From: an uncultured Bacilli bacterium
Lineage (GTDB): Bacteria; Bacillota_I; Bacilli_A; RF39; UBA660
Reading direction: 5' to 3'
DNA length: 58,341 nt
NCBI GenBank assembly: GCA_947629325.1
Contig: CANRDE010000004.1
Coordinates: 1-58,341, forward strand
The notes below the pieces were generated by a model that saw only the letters and a list, made by a program, of their open reading frames with translations, was not told the DNA's origin and did no database searches. Positions 8,837-18,814 of this stretch are shown here, in pieces. Position 1 is the stretch's first letter. Every line of letters starts with the position of its first letter. Both the position numbers and the translations under genes were made by a program.

Positions 8837-10916
8837 CTATAACCTCAAAATCTATCATTTTTGTTTCTTTGCTAGCATTTACTACTTTTATTTTAACCTC
8901 ATCCCCAATGCGGTAGCTCTTCTTTTTGTCATTACTTATTAAAGATAACATATCTGGCACATAATTATAATATCCTGGTAATGTACTAATATGAACTAAA
9001 CCTTCAACTAAATTAGGCAATTGAACAAAAAAGCCAAAATTAGTAACAGTTGTTATTATACCTTTATATTCCTCATTAATATGACTTTCCATATATTCAG
9101 CCATCTTTAAATCGACAACTTCCCTTTCGGCCTCAACTGCGGCTTGTTCTCTTTCGCTAGAATGTTCTGCAACTTCCACTAAATATTTTTGATAAAAGTC
9201 AATCGTGTCACTATCCAATTGATGATTAAATAAATAACATCTCAAGAGTTGATGAACTGTTGTATCAGGAAATCTTCTAATTGGCGAAGTAAAGTGAGTA
9301 TAATTTTTAAGGCCCAAGCCAAAATGACCTATATTATTGGTACTATAAACGGCTTTTTGCATACTTCTTAATAACAAGCTAGACAATATTGGAGCTTCTT
9401 TATATTCTTTAAGTTCTGTCAATAGTTCTTGCATTCCTCGACTAGAATTCGCAATTCCTCTCGTGTTTACCTTAATGTTCAAAATTTTTAATAAGTTTAA
9501 AAAGTCGTCAATTTTTTCAGGCTTAGGATTTCCATGTACTCTATAAATAAAAGGCAATGCCATATTAAAGATATGGGTTGCTACAGTTTCATTAGCAGCA
9601 ATCATAAAATCTTCAATTAATTTTTCTCCTTCATGTTGTTCTCTTTTTACAATATCAATACATTTACCATTTTCATCTTGGACTATTTTAGCCTCAGGAA
9701 TATCAAATTCTATATATCCTTTTTGAACTTTTCTCTTTCTTAAAATATTAGCTAATTCTTGCATTTTTAAAAGATCATCTTTAAATTCAGCATACCCCTC
9801 CGGAATTACATTTTCTTCTAATATTTTATTAACACATTTGTATGTCATTTGTATCCGGCTTTTAATAACAGAAGGGAAAATATCGTATTCTTTAACTTCT
9901 CCCATAGAATCTATTTTCATTACCACGCTAATAGCTAATCTTTCCACATTAGGATTTAAAGAGCATATACCATTAGACAATTCATGGGGTAACATAGGTA
10001 ATACTCGGTCTGCTAAATAGCTGGAAGTTCCTCTCTTATAAGCATCATCATATAAACTAGTATTGGGCTTAACATAATAGGATACATCCGCAATATGGAC
10101 ACCCAATTCATAACCAGAATTTAATTTTTTAATACTTATGGCATCATCAATATCTTTAGTATCATCACCATCTATAGTAAAAATTACTTCATTAGTTAAA
10201 TCGGTCCGATTCTTTTTGTCTTTTTCCAACACACTTTCGGGAATATTTTCCACTTCTTTTTTAGTTTCTTCACTAAATTCTAATTCGATTCCATGCTTAT
10301 AAGCAATACTTAAAATATCTATATCTGGGTCATTTTTATGGCCTATTATTTTTATAATTGTGCCAACAAACTTTTTTTCTCCAACTTGTCTATTAAGTTC
10401 TAATAAAACTTTATGGCCATCAACTAAATTATTAAAATGGTTTTCGACCTCTATTTCCATATCTATCTTTTTATCATCAGGTATAAAAATTATTTTGTTT
10501 TCTAGAATATTGACTTCTCCAACTAATCTATTCAACTTACGTTCTAATATTTTTAAAACTTTGCCCTCTAATTTATCGTTACGTGTAAATGTATCAATAA
10601 GAACTATATCATCTTCAATCGCCCCATTTAAATTATCTTTATTAATAAAAATATCCTCTTTATTATCTTGAATTAAAAAAGCATATCCACCTTTAGCTAT
10701 ATCAATCCGTCCTGCATATAAAGAAGGGCAATTTTTCATTAACATATATTTTTGCTTCTTAGTCTCATGAATAGTTCCTTCCCTAACTAATTTATTTAAA
10801 CTATCTTGTAACATTTTTAAATCTTCAGCATTTTTTAAATTCAAAAAATCATTAATTTCAATTAATGTTCTAGCTTTATCTTCTTTACTTAAAAAATCTA
10901 TAATTTTATCTTCCAT
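8820..10916 (-). CDS. rnr: ribonuclease R
   Basis: TIDGDDTKDIDDA, HFTSPIRRFPD, C-terminal S1 domain; start placed at MEDKII. Confidence 0.97.
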   Translation of the reverse strand: MEDKIIDFLSKEDKARTLIEINDFLNLKNAEDLKMLQDSLNKLVREGTIHETKKQKYMLMKNCPSLYAGRIDIAKGGYAFLIQDNKEDIFINKDNLNGAIEDDIVLIDTFTRNDKLEGKVLKILERKLNRLVGEVNILENKIIFIPDDKKIDMEIEVENHFNNLVDGHKVLLELNRQVGEKKFVGTIIKIIGHKNDPDIDILSIAYKHGIELEFSEETKKEVENIPESVLEKDKKNRTDLTNEVIFTIDGDDTKDIDDAISIKKLNSGYELGVHIADVSYYVKPNTSLYDDAYKRGTSSYLADRVLPMLPHELSNGICSLNPNVERLAISVVMKIDSMGEVKEYDIFPSVIKSRIQMTYKCVNKILEENVIPEGYAEFKDDLLKMQELANILRKRKVQKGYIEFDIPEAKIVQDENGKCIDIVKREQHEGEKLIEDFMIAANETVATHIFNMALPFIYRVHGNPKPEKIDDFLNLLKILNIKVNTRGIANSSRGMQELLTELKEYKEAPILSSLLLRSMQKAVYSTNNIGHFGLGLKNYTHFTSPIRRFPDTTVHQLLRCYLFNHQLDSDTIDFYQKYLVEVAEHSSEREQAAVEAEREVVDLKMAEYMESHINEEYKGIITTVTNFGFFVQLPNLVEGLVHISTLPGYYNYVPDMLSLISNDKKKSYRIGDEVKIKVVNASKETKMIDFEVIDGNNK

Positions 10917-11262
10917 ATTTACATTCTTTCTTTCCATTTTTATCCCATGTCACAATTACCGTAGAATTCAAATCTATAGCCTGCTTAGTACATGGATCAT
11001 TTTCTCTCGTAATTAATCCTTCTGATACCAAAATACTCAAAGGTATAGGAGAACAATTATTTCTATTGCAAATAATCTCTTTATTATTTAAACTAACATA
11101 TGTACATGCTGCTTCTTCTACTTCTGAAACAAAATCTTCACATTCCTTTTTTTGCTCATTTTTTAAAGTGCCGGTTAGATTGATAGTTACTATTGTGCCA
11201 ATTATACCAAGAATGGCGATAACTACCAACAACTCCATAAGTGTAAATCCTTTATTATTCAT
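10906..11262 (-). CDS. prepilin-type (class III signal) pilin/pseudopilin
   Basis: MNNKG^FTLMELLVVIAILGII cleavage/methylation motif; six Cys; start moved to 11262. Confidence 0.9.
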   Translation of the reverse strand: MNNKGFTLMELLVVIAILGIIGTIVTINLTGTLKNEQKKECEDFVSEVEEAACTYVSLNNKEIICNRNNCSPIPLSILVSEGLITRENDPCTKQAIDLNSTVIVTWDKNGKKECKYGR

Positions 11263-11542
11263 ATTTATCACTATTTTAATTATATCATGGGAATAAAAAG
11301 AAAAAAAGAAAATGTTATGCAATTTTTAATAACCTGTTATTATAACTTCACTTCTTTTACTCTCGCTTCTATCTATTCTTTATTTGCTCGTCTTTAACTA
11401 TTATAGTTAGAGCAAATTTATTGTTTAGTAATTCTAATATTATTATTTCAGTTTTATCTGCTACTATTTGTTAATTAAGCTAGGTTATATAATTTGCAAA
11501 GAACTAAATAATATGTTATTCTCAAAATAAGAAAATGTTGCT

Positions 11543-13369
11543 TTGAAGGAGTATAAATCTATGGAATTAAAAATTAAAATCGATAACAATAATTTAGACA
11601 AAGTATATAGTGTATATGTAGATAATGAAAAAAAATGTGAAATCATTAATACTAATGTGGTATCTCTTCCTTTAACAAGCAAAGAACATATTGTGCAACT
11701 TAAAAGCAAAATAGATAAATCTAAAAAAATTAAAATAAAAGCCACCTCAAATAAAGAAATTATTGAACTTCATTTTAATTTAAATAATTTCTTGTTTTGG
11801 AAACAACTCCATTGTACCTTAAAACCAAACAAATCTAACAATAACATAGAAATCATCAGCAATAATAAAAAAATATTATTGGGCTTATTAGGAATTTTGT
11901 TAATCATTATGATTCCATTAATAATATTTAATTCTAATAAAAAAGTTTTAGATGGAATCTATTCACCAGAAATTGATAAAGAAAATATCGATGCTTTATT
12001 AAAAACCCCGGCTATTTTAATATTATATAGTGATGGAATAGAATTTTATCAAGATGGAACTTGCAAAGCTTTAGGGGATTTAAAAGATAATATTAAATGT
12101 ACTTACAAATATAATAACAAACAATTTAATGTAGTTTTTGATGATTATCACTTTGATTTCCTAGTAGAATCTAACCATAATTTGAAAGACCAATTTGGAT
12201 ACTTTTGGCATTTAACGGAAAATAAAAATACTAATAATTCTAAAGATATGCTTCCAACTTCGAACAAACTTAAAAATGGTCTAGATTTATCTAAACAATA
12301 TTATGTAGTTGGAACTAGTGATGGTAATCATAATGCTTACATACAATTTAATGCTGATGGAACATGTCTTCCTAATTTTACCAATTTATCGAATAAAGCA
12401 TCATTAAATAACGAAATAATATACATTCAATATCCCACAACCAATTTAGATTGTAAATATACTATAAATAATAATATAATTTCGATTAATTGGCTTGGAA
12501 CAGTAAAAGAAATATACGAATTTTATTTAGGCAATAATCAAAAACAACAATCTACTATAAGTGAGCAATATATTATGAAAGATATAGAATTCGAATATTT
12601 CCCTGAAAAAGATTACATAGACGTTGTTAATGGCGAATGGAAGTTAACGCCAGGGGAAAATTTCTTTATAATTACATTTGAAAAAAAAGGAGAAAATATT
12701 TCTAATGAAAAGGAAAATTTTAATAGTTCATTAGGAGAAAATAATAATCAAGAAATTCCTGACAATGATTTCGATAATGAATCAGAAAATAATAATTCTA
12801 ATAATTTTGAAACTTCTAATAAAACCGAACCAGCTTTGATTAATAATGTTTATTCACAAATAAGCCAAAACCAAAGAAATAAAAGTGTAAGCATTAATGT
12901 AAATTCGGACTACCAAGATGTTAAAGATTTTATTAAAATATTTAAAATCAATGGTAAAGAATATCCTGTTGGTGAGTGGGCAATCCTCGATTTATACCAA
13001 GTCGGACAAAATTGTTATAACATTGAAATTCAAGATAATAATGGTAATGACAAAAATATGCAAGCTTGTTATGACTTTTTCCCTGATGATCCCAAATTTA
13101 ATATTGTTATTCAAAATAATTGTGATATTCGCATTTGGAAAGATGGCTTTTATGAAAGAGGCGATTATAATCAACTTAGTGCGTTAAAATGGTATTTAGA
13201 TGATAAATTATTTACTTCAGAATTATTTACTTATGAAAATGATAGTGTTATTTTATTAAATAATAAAAAATTAACACCGGGGCAACATACAATAAAAGGC
13301 ATAAATCAATTTGGAATAGAAACATCTAAAACTTTTGAATTTGATGAAAAATGTTTAAACGATAATTAA
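11543..13369 (+). CDS. hypothetical single-pass surface protein
   Basis: 608-aa ORF, TM near aa 112-130, two F..DGTC repeats, N/E-rich linker; the start may be the ATG at 11561. Confidence 0.7.
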   Translation: MKEYKSMELKIKIDNNNLDKVYSVYVDNEKKCEIINTNVVSLPLTSKEHIVQLKSKIDKSKKIKIKATSNKEIIELHFNLNNFLFWKQLHCTLKPNKSNNNIEIISNNKKILLGLLGILLIIMIPLIIFNSNKKVLDGIYSPEIDKENIDALLKTPAILILYSDGIEFYQDGTCKALGDLKDNIKCTYKYNNKQFNVVFDDYHFDFLVESNHNLKDQFGYFWHLTENKNTNNSKDMLPTSNKLKNGLDLSKQYYVVGTSDGNHNAYIQFNADGTCLPNFTNLSNKASLNNEIIYIQYPTTNLDCKYTINNNIISINWLGTVKEIYEFYLGNNQKQQSTISEQYIMKDIEFEYFPEKDYIDVVNGEWKLTPGENFFIITFEKKGENISNEKENFNSSLGENNNQEIPDNDFDNESENNNSNNFETSNKTEPALINNVYSQISQNQRNKSVSINVNSDYQDVKDFIKIFKINGKEYPVGEWAILDLYQVGQNCYNIEIQDNNGNDKNMQACYDFFPDDPKFNIVIQNNCDIRIWKDGFYERGDYNQLSALKWYLDDKLFTSELFTYENDSVILLNNKKLTPGQHTIKGINQFGIETSKTFEFDEKCLNDN

Positions 13370-13503
13370 CTTTTTTAACTATTAGTTTTATTTATTTCAT
13401 TTAGGGATTATAAGAAAAAATTTACAAAATATTTACTTAATTTGAGAATAAATCTTGTAAATCAGTAGCATGCTAAAATATAATAGTTTATAGGAGTGGT
13501 TTT

Positions 13504-15120
13504 ATGAGAAAAAGTGGTTTTATGGAAGGCGCAGTTATTGCTACTTTAGCTATTTTTATCTCTAGATTTCTTGGAATTATTTATGTTATTCCATTCTATG
13601 GCATAGTTGGCCCTCAAGGGGGAGCTTTATATGGCTATGCTTATAATATCTATAATCTTTTTTTAATTATATCTAGTGCTGGAATACCCATGGCCATTAG
13701 TAAACTTACTAGTGAATATGATGCCTTAAAAAAATCTAAAGAAAAAGAATATATGTTTAAAGTTACTAACAAAATTATATTAGTTTTTTCTTTAGTATCT
13801 TTTTTAATTTGTTTTATTTTTGCTCCCAATATAGCCCACTTAATAATTGGCAAAATAGAAGGAGGAAATACACCGGAAGACATTACTTTTGTTATTAGAT
13901 GTGTTTCTTTGGCCATTTTAATCGTACCGATGTTAGCAATAAATAGAGGTTATTTACAAGGACATGGTTATATAAGGCCAGCTTCATTCAGTCAAGTAAT
14001 TGAACAAATCGTAAGAATAATAGTTATCATTGGCGGAAGTTTCTTGTGTTTAAAAGTGTTTCACTTAAGTTTGCGAACATCTATTGGCGTAGCAGTTTTT
14101 GGGGCTTGTGCTGGAGCCATTATAGCTTATCTTTATCTTATTAATAAAATATACAAAATTAAAAAACAGCAAAAAGGCAGTGTTAAGGATTTAAACAAAC
14201 TAGAAAAAAAAGATATTATTACCAAAATTATCTCTTATTCAATTCCATTTATTATTATAAATATTGCAAATAATCTATACAGTTCTACTGATATGATTTT
14301 ATTATTAAAAGGATTAAATTTCTTAAAATATCCTGCTCAAGACATAGAAACAATAAGTAGTGTTTTTACAACTTGGGGAAGCAAACTAAATACTATTATA
14401 ACTAGTATTGCGACAGGTATCGCCATAAGTTTAGTTCCTAATTTAGCTAAAAGCCAAGCAATAAAAGATTATGATGACATAAATCAAAAGTTTAATAAAA
14501 TTTTACAAATATTTTTCTATGTAGCTTTACCATTAGCAATCTTCATGAGTGTTTTTTCAGAAGAGATATGGTTAATATTTTATGGGCCTAATCCTTATGG
14601 GCCTAAAATATTTAAATATTTAATCTTAACAGCTGGTTTTGATGCCTTATATATTATGTTATTAAATGGTCTTCAAGGTTTGAATAGAACTAAATTATTA
14701 TACTTATCAGTTATTTTAGGACTTGCTACCAATCTTATTTTAGATATTCCTTTAATTCTTTTATTTAATAAATTAAATCTATATCCTTATTATGGAGCTA
14801 TAACTGCCACAATGGTTGGATATGCTATATCTTTAATTATTCCATTAGTAATTCTGAAAAAGAAATATCATTTAAATTATAAATTAACATTTAAATCTTT
14901 ACCTAAACTTTTTGGAATTTATATTATTATGATATTTTTATCTTTAATTTATCGTGGTATAATTAAGAATGTAAGAAATAGAATCTTATTAATTCCCACA
15001 ATAGGATTTATAGGGATTATATTAATTGTAATTTATTATTTCTTAAATAAAAAAGAAATTGAAAATATATTAGGAAAAAAATTAAAAGATATTTTAAAAA
15101 GAAAGAAAAGGGAAGAATAA
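13504..15120 (+). CDS. MurJ/YtgP/SpoVB-family MOP flippase
   Basis: SRFLGIIYVIPF, SSAGIPMAISK, RGYLQG, SQVIEQIVR; many TM segments. Confidence 0.92.
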   Translation: MRKSGFMEGAVIATLAIFISRFLGIIYVIPFYGIVGPQGGALYGYAYNIYNLFLIISSAGIPMAISKLTSEYDALKKSKEKEYMFKVTNKIILVFSLVSFLICFIFAPNIAHLIIGKIEGGNTPEDITFVIRCVSLAILIVPMLAINRGYLQGHGYIRPASFSQVIEQIVRIIVIIGGSFLCLKVFHLSLRTSIGVAVFGACAGAIIAYLYLINKIYKIKKQQKGSVKDLNKLEKKDIITKIISYSIPFIIINIANNLYSSTDMILLLKGLNFLKYPAQDIETISSVFTTWGSKLNTIITSIATGIAISLVPNLAKSQAIKDYDDINQKFNKILQIFFYVALPLAIFMSVFSEEIWLIFYGPNPYGPKIFKYLILTAGFDALYIMLLNGLQGLNRTKLLYLSVILGLATNLILDIPLILLFNKLNLYPYYGAITATMVGYAISLIIPLVILKKKYHLNYKLTFKSLPKLFGIYIIMIFLSLIYRGIIKNVRNRILLIPTIGFIGIILIVIYYFLNKKEIENILGKKLKDILKRKKREE

Positions 15121-15647
15121 TGAATTTTTATATAATATTAATAGTTCTTATTACATTATTAGCTATTTGTGCTTTAGTCTATTATGGTAGTGCTAGTAAA
15201 TTAAAAGAATATAAAGATAAAATGGATAAAGCTGAGAATATTATCGAAACTGAACTTAATAAAAAATTGGATTTAATTATTACTTTAAATAGTTCTATTA
15301 AAAAAGTTACTGGTAAAAAAGATTATTTAAAAGATTATGTTTCTATAAGGGATTTTATTATTACTAATATTGAAAAAGATATGAAATTAGATGAAGCAAC
15401 TAATCTCATCAAAGACTTAACAACTGATTACGATGAATTAAAAAAAGATAAAGAATTTCAAAAAACAATGAAGGATTTAAAAGAAATAGACGAAGTTTTA
15501 ATCTCCGCCAAAAATCTATTTAATAATAACGCTATGGTATCTAATAAACTAATAAAAAATTTCCCTTATAATGTAGTTGCCAAAATCGCTAAATATAGAA
15601 TTAGAAGTTTTTATAATAATAAAACCGATGATAATGATAACTTTTAA
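15120..15647 (+). CDS. LemA family protein
   Basis: N-terminal TM, I...L.KK.DLI, FNN....N..I..FP.N.VA. Confidence 0.8.
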   Translation: MNFYIILIVLITLLAICALVYYGSASKLKEYKDKMDKAENIIETELNKKLDLIITLNSSIKKVTGKKDYLKDYVSIRDFIITNIEKDMKLDEATNLIKDLTTDYDELKKDKEFQKTMKDLKEIDEVLISAKNLFNNNAMVSNKLIKNFPYNVVAKIAKYRIRSFYNNKTDDNDNF

Positions 15648-16303
15648 AGTTGCCAATCAATCGGTTTTTTATTATGTTTAATCAAAAATTCATTAGTTTT
15701 AGAAAAAGGCCGTGAACCAAAAAAACCACTATTAGCTGAAAAAGGAGATGGATGAGGACTAGCTAAAACTAAATGATTAGGATTCGTTATATATTTCTTT
15801 TTTTCTTTGGCAAAATTTCCCCATAAAATAAATACTATGGGTTCTTTTTTTTCATTTAAAGCTTTTATTATATAATCAGTAAGTAACTCCCAGCCCAAAT
15901 TACGATGAGATGCCGGTTTATCCTTTTCTACAGTTAATACTGCATTTAATAATAATACGCCCTCTTTGGCCCATTTGGTTAAATCGCCGTTAGAAGGAGG
16001 AGATATTTTCAAATCATCATATAATTCTTTAAAAATATTTTGTAAAGATGGCGGAATTTTAATGCCCTTTTGCACACTAAAAGAAAGGCCGTGGGCTTCT
16101 CCTTCTCCGTGATATGGATCTTGTCCAACGATTACTACCTTGGTATTTTCATAACTAGTTAATTTTAAAGCATTAAAAATATATTCCTTCGGAGGATAAC
16201 AAATTGATTCTTGATATTTTTTATTAACAACATTTAAAAATTTTTTAAATCCCTCACTACTTTCAATAATTTTTAATATATTATCCCAATCATTTCCTAT
16301 CAT
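15644..16303 (-). CDS. ung: uracil-DNA glycosylase
   Basis: GQDPYH, PPSL.NI, GVLLLN, HPSPFS. Confidence 0.98.
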   Translation of the reverse strand: MIGNDWDNILKIIESSEGFKKFLNVVNKKYQESICYPPKEYIFNALKLTSYENTKVVIVGQDPYHGEGEAHGLSFSVQKGIKIPPSLQNIFKELYDDLKISPPSNGDLTKWAKEGVLLLNAVLTVEKDKPASHRNLGWELLTDYIIKALNEKKEPIVFILWGNFAKEKKKYITNPNHLVLASPHPSPFSANSGFFGSRPFSKTNEFLIKHNKKPIDWQL

Positions 16304-16314
16304 TATGTCCTCCG

Positions 16315-17580
16315 TTATGCTCTTGAACCCTTTCTGGCATTTTCTTGAATATAATTTTTATAGCATTCTTCTACCATTTTGGAATATTCATCATCAATAA
16401 CAGCTACTGGTCTATTGTACATATTATTGTAATCATTGTAAGAATTATTAGCTTTTTTAATAAACACACCCATTACAGAGTAATTATTATCTTTGATTTG
16501 TTTTAAAACAATGCGAATTTGATCATCTTTTAATTCTATAAAGCCATATTCTAAAAATTTAACTTGTGTACAATCACCATTTTGAAAACGATTTAACATA
16601 TTTAAAATTTGCGAATAGGCTTGCTCTCTAATGGAAAATAAATCTTTAATAAAATAACATTTTTCAGGTTCTAAAGAATTAGAAGAATAATAATAATTAT
16701 TTTTGGGCTCCTCCTCTGTCTCGTTTAATGGTTCAATTACTTCTTGATATTTTTCAGATTCACTTCTAACATTATTAAAGCAATTTCTGACAAAAATATA
16801 TTTTTGGATCAGTTCTTTATAATTATCTTTTATTTCTTTTAATATCTCCGTATTAAAATAGAATTCTTTCGTCTTTAAAATAGAAATAAGTTCGAAAATT
16901 TCATTTTGATAATGAATTAACACTTTACTATAAATGTATTTTAAATCTTTTTCTGAATAAAAATCATCATAATTTAAACATTCTTGAACCGTTTCTAAAG
17001 GGTTGCTTTCCATTAAACTAATCATTTTATTAACTGCATCATTTAATTTAATGGCATTTATATTATTAATCTCTGGAATTTTCTCATAACCTAAATTTAA
17101 TAGGTTCAAAATTAAGAATAAATCCTCACTATTTAATGAATTCTTAACATTTTTGTCTACTTTTTCATTATAAATTTTAAGATATTCTATAGTTTTAATT
17201 AATTTTTCATCAGGCATATTTTGCCTTATCAATAAATCTTTGATATATTCTATTTCTTCATTGCTTATGGGTTGATTATATTTTAATTTTTTTATAATAT
17301 CCTTTATAGTATGATATTTTTTTGTTTCATGTTTCTTAGCTTGTAATAGAATAAATCTATCATTTTTTAGAGTCTTTAACCGAATATCACAATTATATTT
17401 TGTCAAATCTAATCTATATTTTTCATATAATAACTTCTTAGCATTACTGGAAATTTTTCGTTTTTCTAAATCCTCAATTGCCAAATTATAATCTTCAATT
17501 TGCAACTCCCAATTAAATATTCGGCGATCAGACTCGGCTAGTATTTGAGTTAACCAATAAATTGTTTCCTTTATATTCAT
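16315..17580 (-). CDS. hypothetical protein: helical N-terminus plus putative C-terminal RelE/HigB(Gp49)-like domain
   Basis: 421-aa ORF with GAGG RBS; C-terminal F.ELK..QIRI......Y.VMGVFIKK pattern (domain call is inference). Confidence 0.6.
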   Translation of the reverse strand: MNIKETIYWLTQILAESDRRIFNWELQIEDYNLAIEDLEKRKISSNAKKLLYEKYRLDLTKYNCDIRLKTLKNDRFILLQAKKHETKKYHTIKDIIKKLKYNQPISNEEIEYIKDLLIRQNMPDEKLIKTIEYLKIYNEKVDKNVKNSLNSEDLFLILNLLNLGYEKIPEINNINAIKLNDAVNKMISLMESNPLETVQECLNYDDFYSEKDLKYIYSKVLIHYQNEIFELISILKTKEFYFNTEILKEIKDNYKELIQKYIFVRNCFNNVRSESEKYQEVIEPLNETEEEPKNNYYYSSNSLEPEKCYFIKDLFSIREQAYSQILNMLNRFQNGDCTQVKFLEYGFIELKDDQIRIVLKQIKDNNYSVMGVFIKKANNSYNDYNNMYNRPVAVIDDEYSKMVEECYKNYIQENARKGSRA

Positions 17581-17589
17581 AAAATAACC

Positions 17590-18027
17590 TCACTTATGAT
17601 AATTTTCATTATTTATTATTTTAAATGCTCGATATATCTGTTCTAATAATATTCCCCGGAAAAGACCATGGGGAAAAGTAAAATGAGAAAAACTAATTTG
17701 TTCGTTACAAAGTTTAATTATATTTTCATCAAGCCCATTAGAACTACCAATAATAAAAGTTATAGTACCATGACTTAAAAACAGCTGATCAAGATGTTTG
17801 GAAAAATTTAAACTATCGTATTGCTCACCAGTAATAGTTAAAGCTATATTGTAATCCTTAGGATTAATCACCTTTAATAATTCATCCGTTTCTTTGGCTT
17901 TAATTTCGCTATCTTTAATTTCAATAAGATTTATCCTATGATATTTATTAATCCTTTGATAATAATCTTGAATTAATTCTTTTAAATAGTTTTCTTTTAT
18001 CTTTCCCACACAAATTATTTTTATCAT
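17590..18027 (-). CDS. rlmH: 23S rRNA m3Psi1915 methyltransferase
   Basis: IICVGKIKE, FIIGSSNG, TFPH..R..LLEQIYRA...YHK. Confidence 0.97.
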   Translation of the reverse strand: MIKIICVGKIKENYLKELIQDYYQRINKYHRINLIEIKDSEIKAKETDELLKVINPKDYNIALTITGEQYDSLNFSKHLDQLFLSHGTITFIIGSSNGLDENIIKLCNEQISFSHFTFPHGLFRGILLEQIYRAFKIINNENYHK

Positions 18028-18049
18028 TTTAACATCTTCCTAAATTATA

Positions 18050-18814
18050 TTATATATTAATTACTTCGCTTATTTTATCTTGTTCGGCACATTCAATATT
18101 GTTAAAAGTTATTTTGTATTCTTGTAAAGAATTTTGGACTGTTTCTAAGGCAATATTAGGGCGATTGTTTTCTTCACTTAAATGCATTAGAAATATTTTC
18201 TTAGTTTTACTGCCTATTAATTTAGCAATATAAAATCCTGCAGCTTGATTAGAGAGGTGGCCTTCATCACTTAAAATTCTTTTCTTTAGCCATTCCGGAT
18301 AGGGACCATGCGTAAGCATTTCTACATCATGATTACTTTCAATTAAATAAACGTCTCTATTCTTCAACAAGTTAAAATATTTACTTTTAATATATCCCGT
18401 ATCAGTTATTTGGACTATCGACGCTTCTCCTTCTTCAATAATAAAATTACGAGAAGCAATCGCATCATGGCTTGATTTTATAGCATATATTTTTATATCA
18501 CCAAAATCAATTTCATTATCATATATTTTAATATGATCATAATTTTGAATACTAGAAAGAGCGGCAAACATTTCTTCAGGCATACAAACAGTTGCCTTAT
18601 AAGTTTTTATAAAAGTTTCGAGAGCGGAAATATGATCAGCATGTAAATGACTTATCAATATAATATCTATAGAAGCAGGATCAACATTAATCGATTTTAA
18701 TGCCTCTACTATATATTTTTTCTTTTTTCCCATATCTAATAAAATATGATGATTCTTGGTTTCAATATAAGTGACATTTCCCTTTGAACCACTTGCTAAC
18801 ACACATAATTTCAT
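18050..18814 (-). CDS. yycJ: MBL-fold hydrolase YycJ/WalJ
   Basis: LASGSKGN, SHLHADH, TDTGY, ESNHD, GHLSN, HLSEENN. Confidence 0.92.
   Translation of the reverse strand: MKLCVLASGSKGNVTYIETKNHHILLDMGKKKKYIVEALKSINVDPASIDIILISHLHADHISALETFIKTYKATVCMPEEMFAALSSIQNYDHIKIYDNEIDFGDIKIYAIKSSHDAIASRNFIIEEGEASIVQITDTGYIKSKYFNLLKNRDVYLIESNHDVEMLTHGPYPEWLKKRILSDEGHLSNQAAGFYIAKLIGSKTKKIFLMHLSEENNRPNIALETVQNSLQEYKITFNNIECAEQDKISEVINI

Noticed and set aside
11382-11417. Hairpin ATTTGCTC..TAACTA/TAGTTA..GAGCAAAT in a divergent intergenic region
   Set aside because: Single short hairpin in AT-rich DNA; not enough to call an RNA or operator
16304-17607. SCC-like element integrated at the rlmH 3' end
   Set aside because: No recombinase, and I saw no duplication of the rlmH terminal sequence downstream
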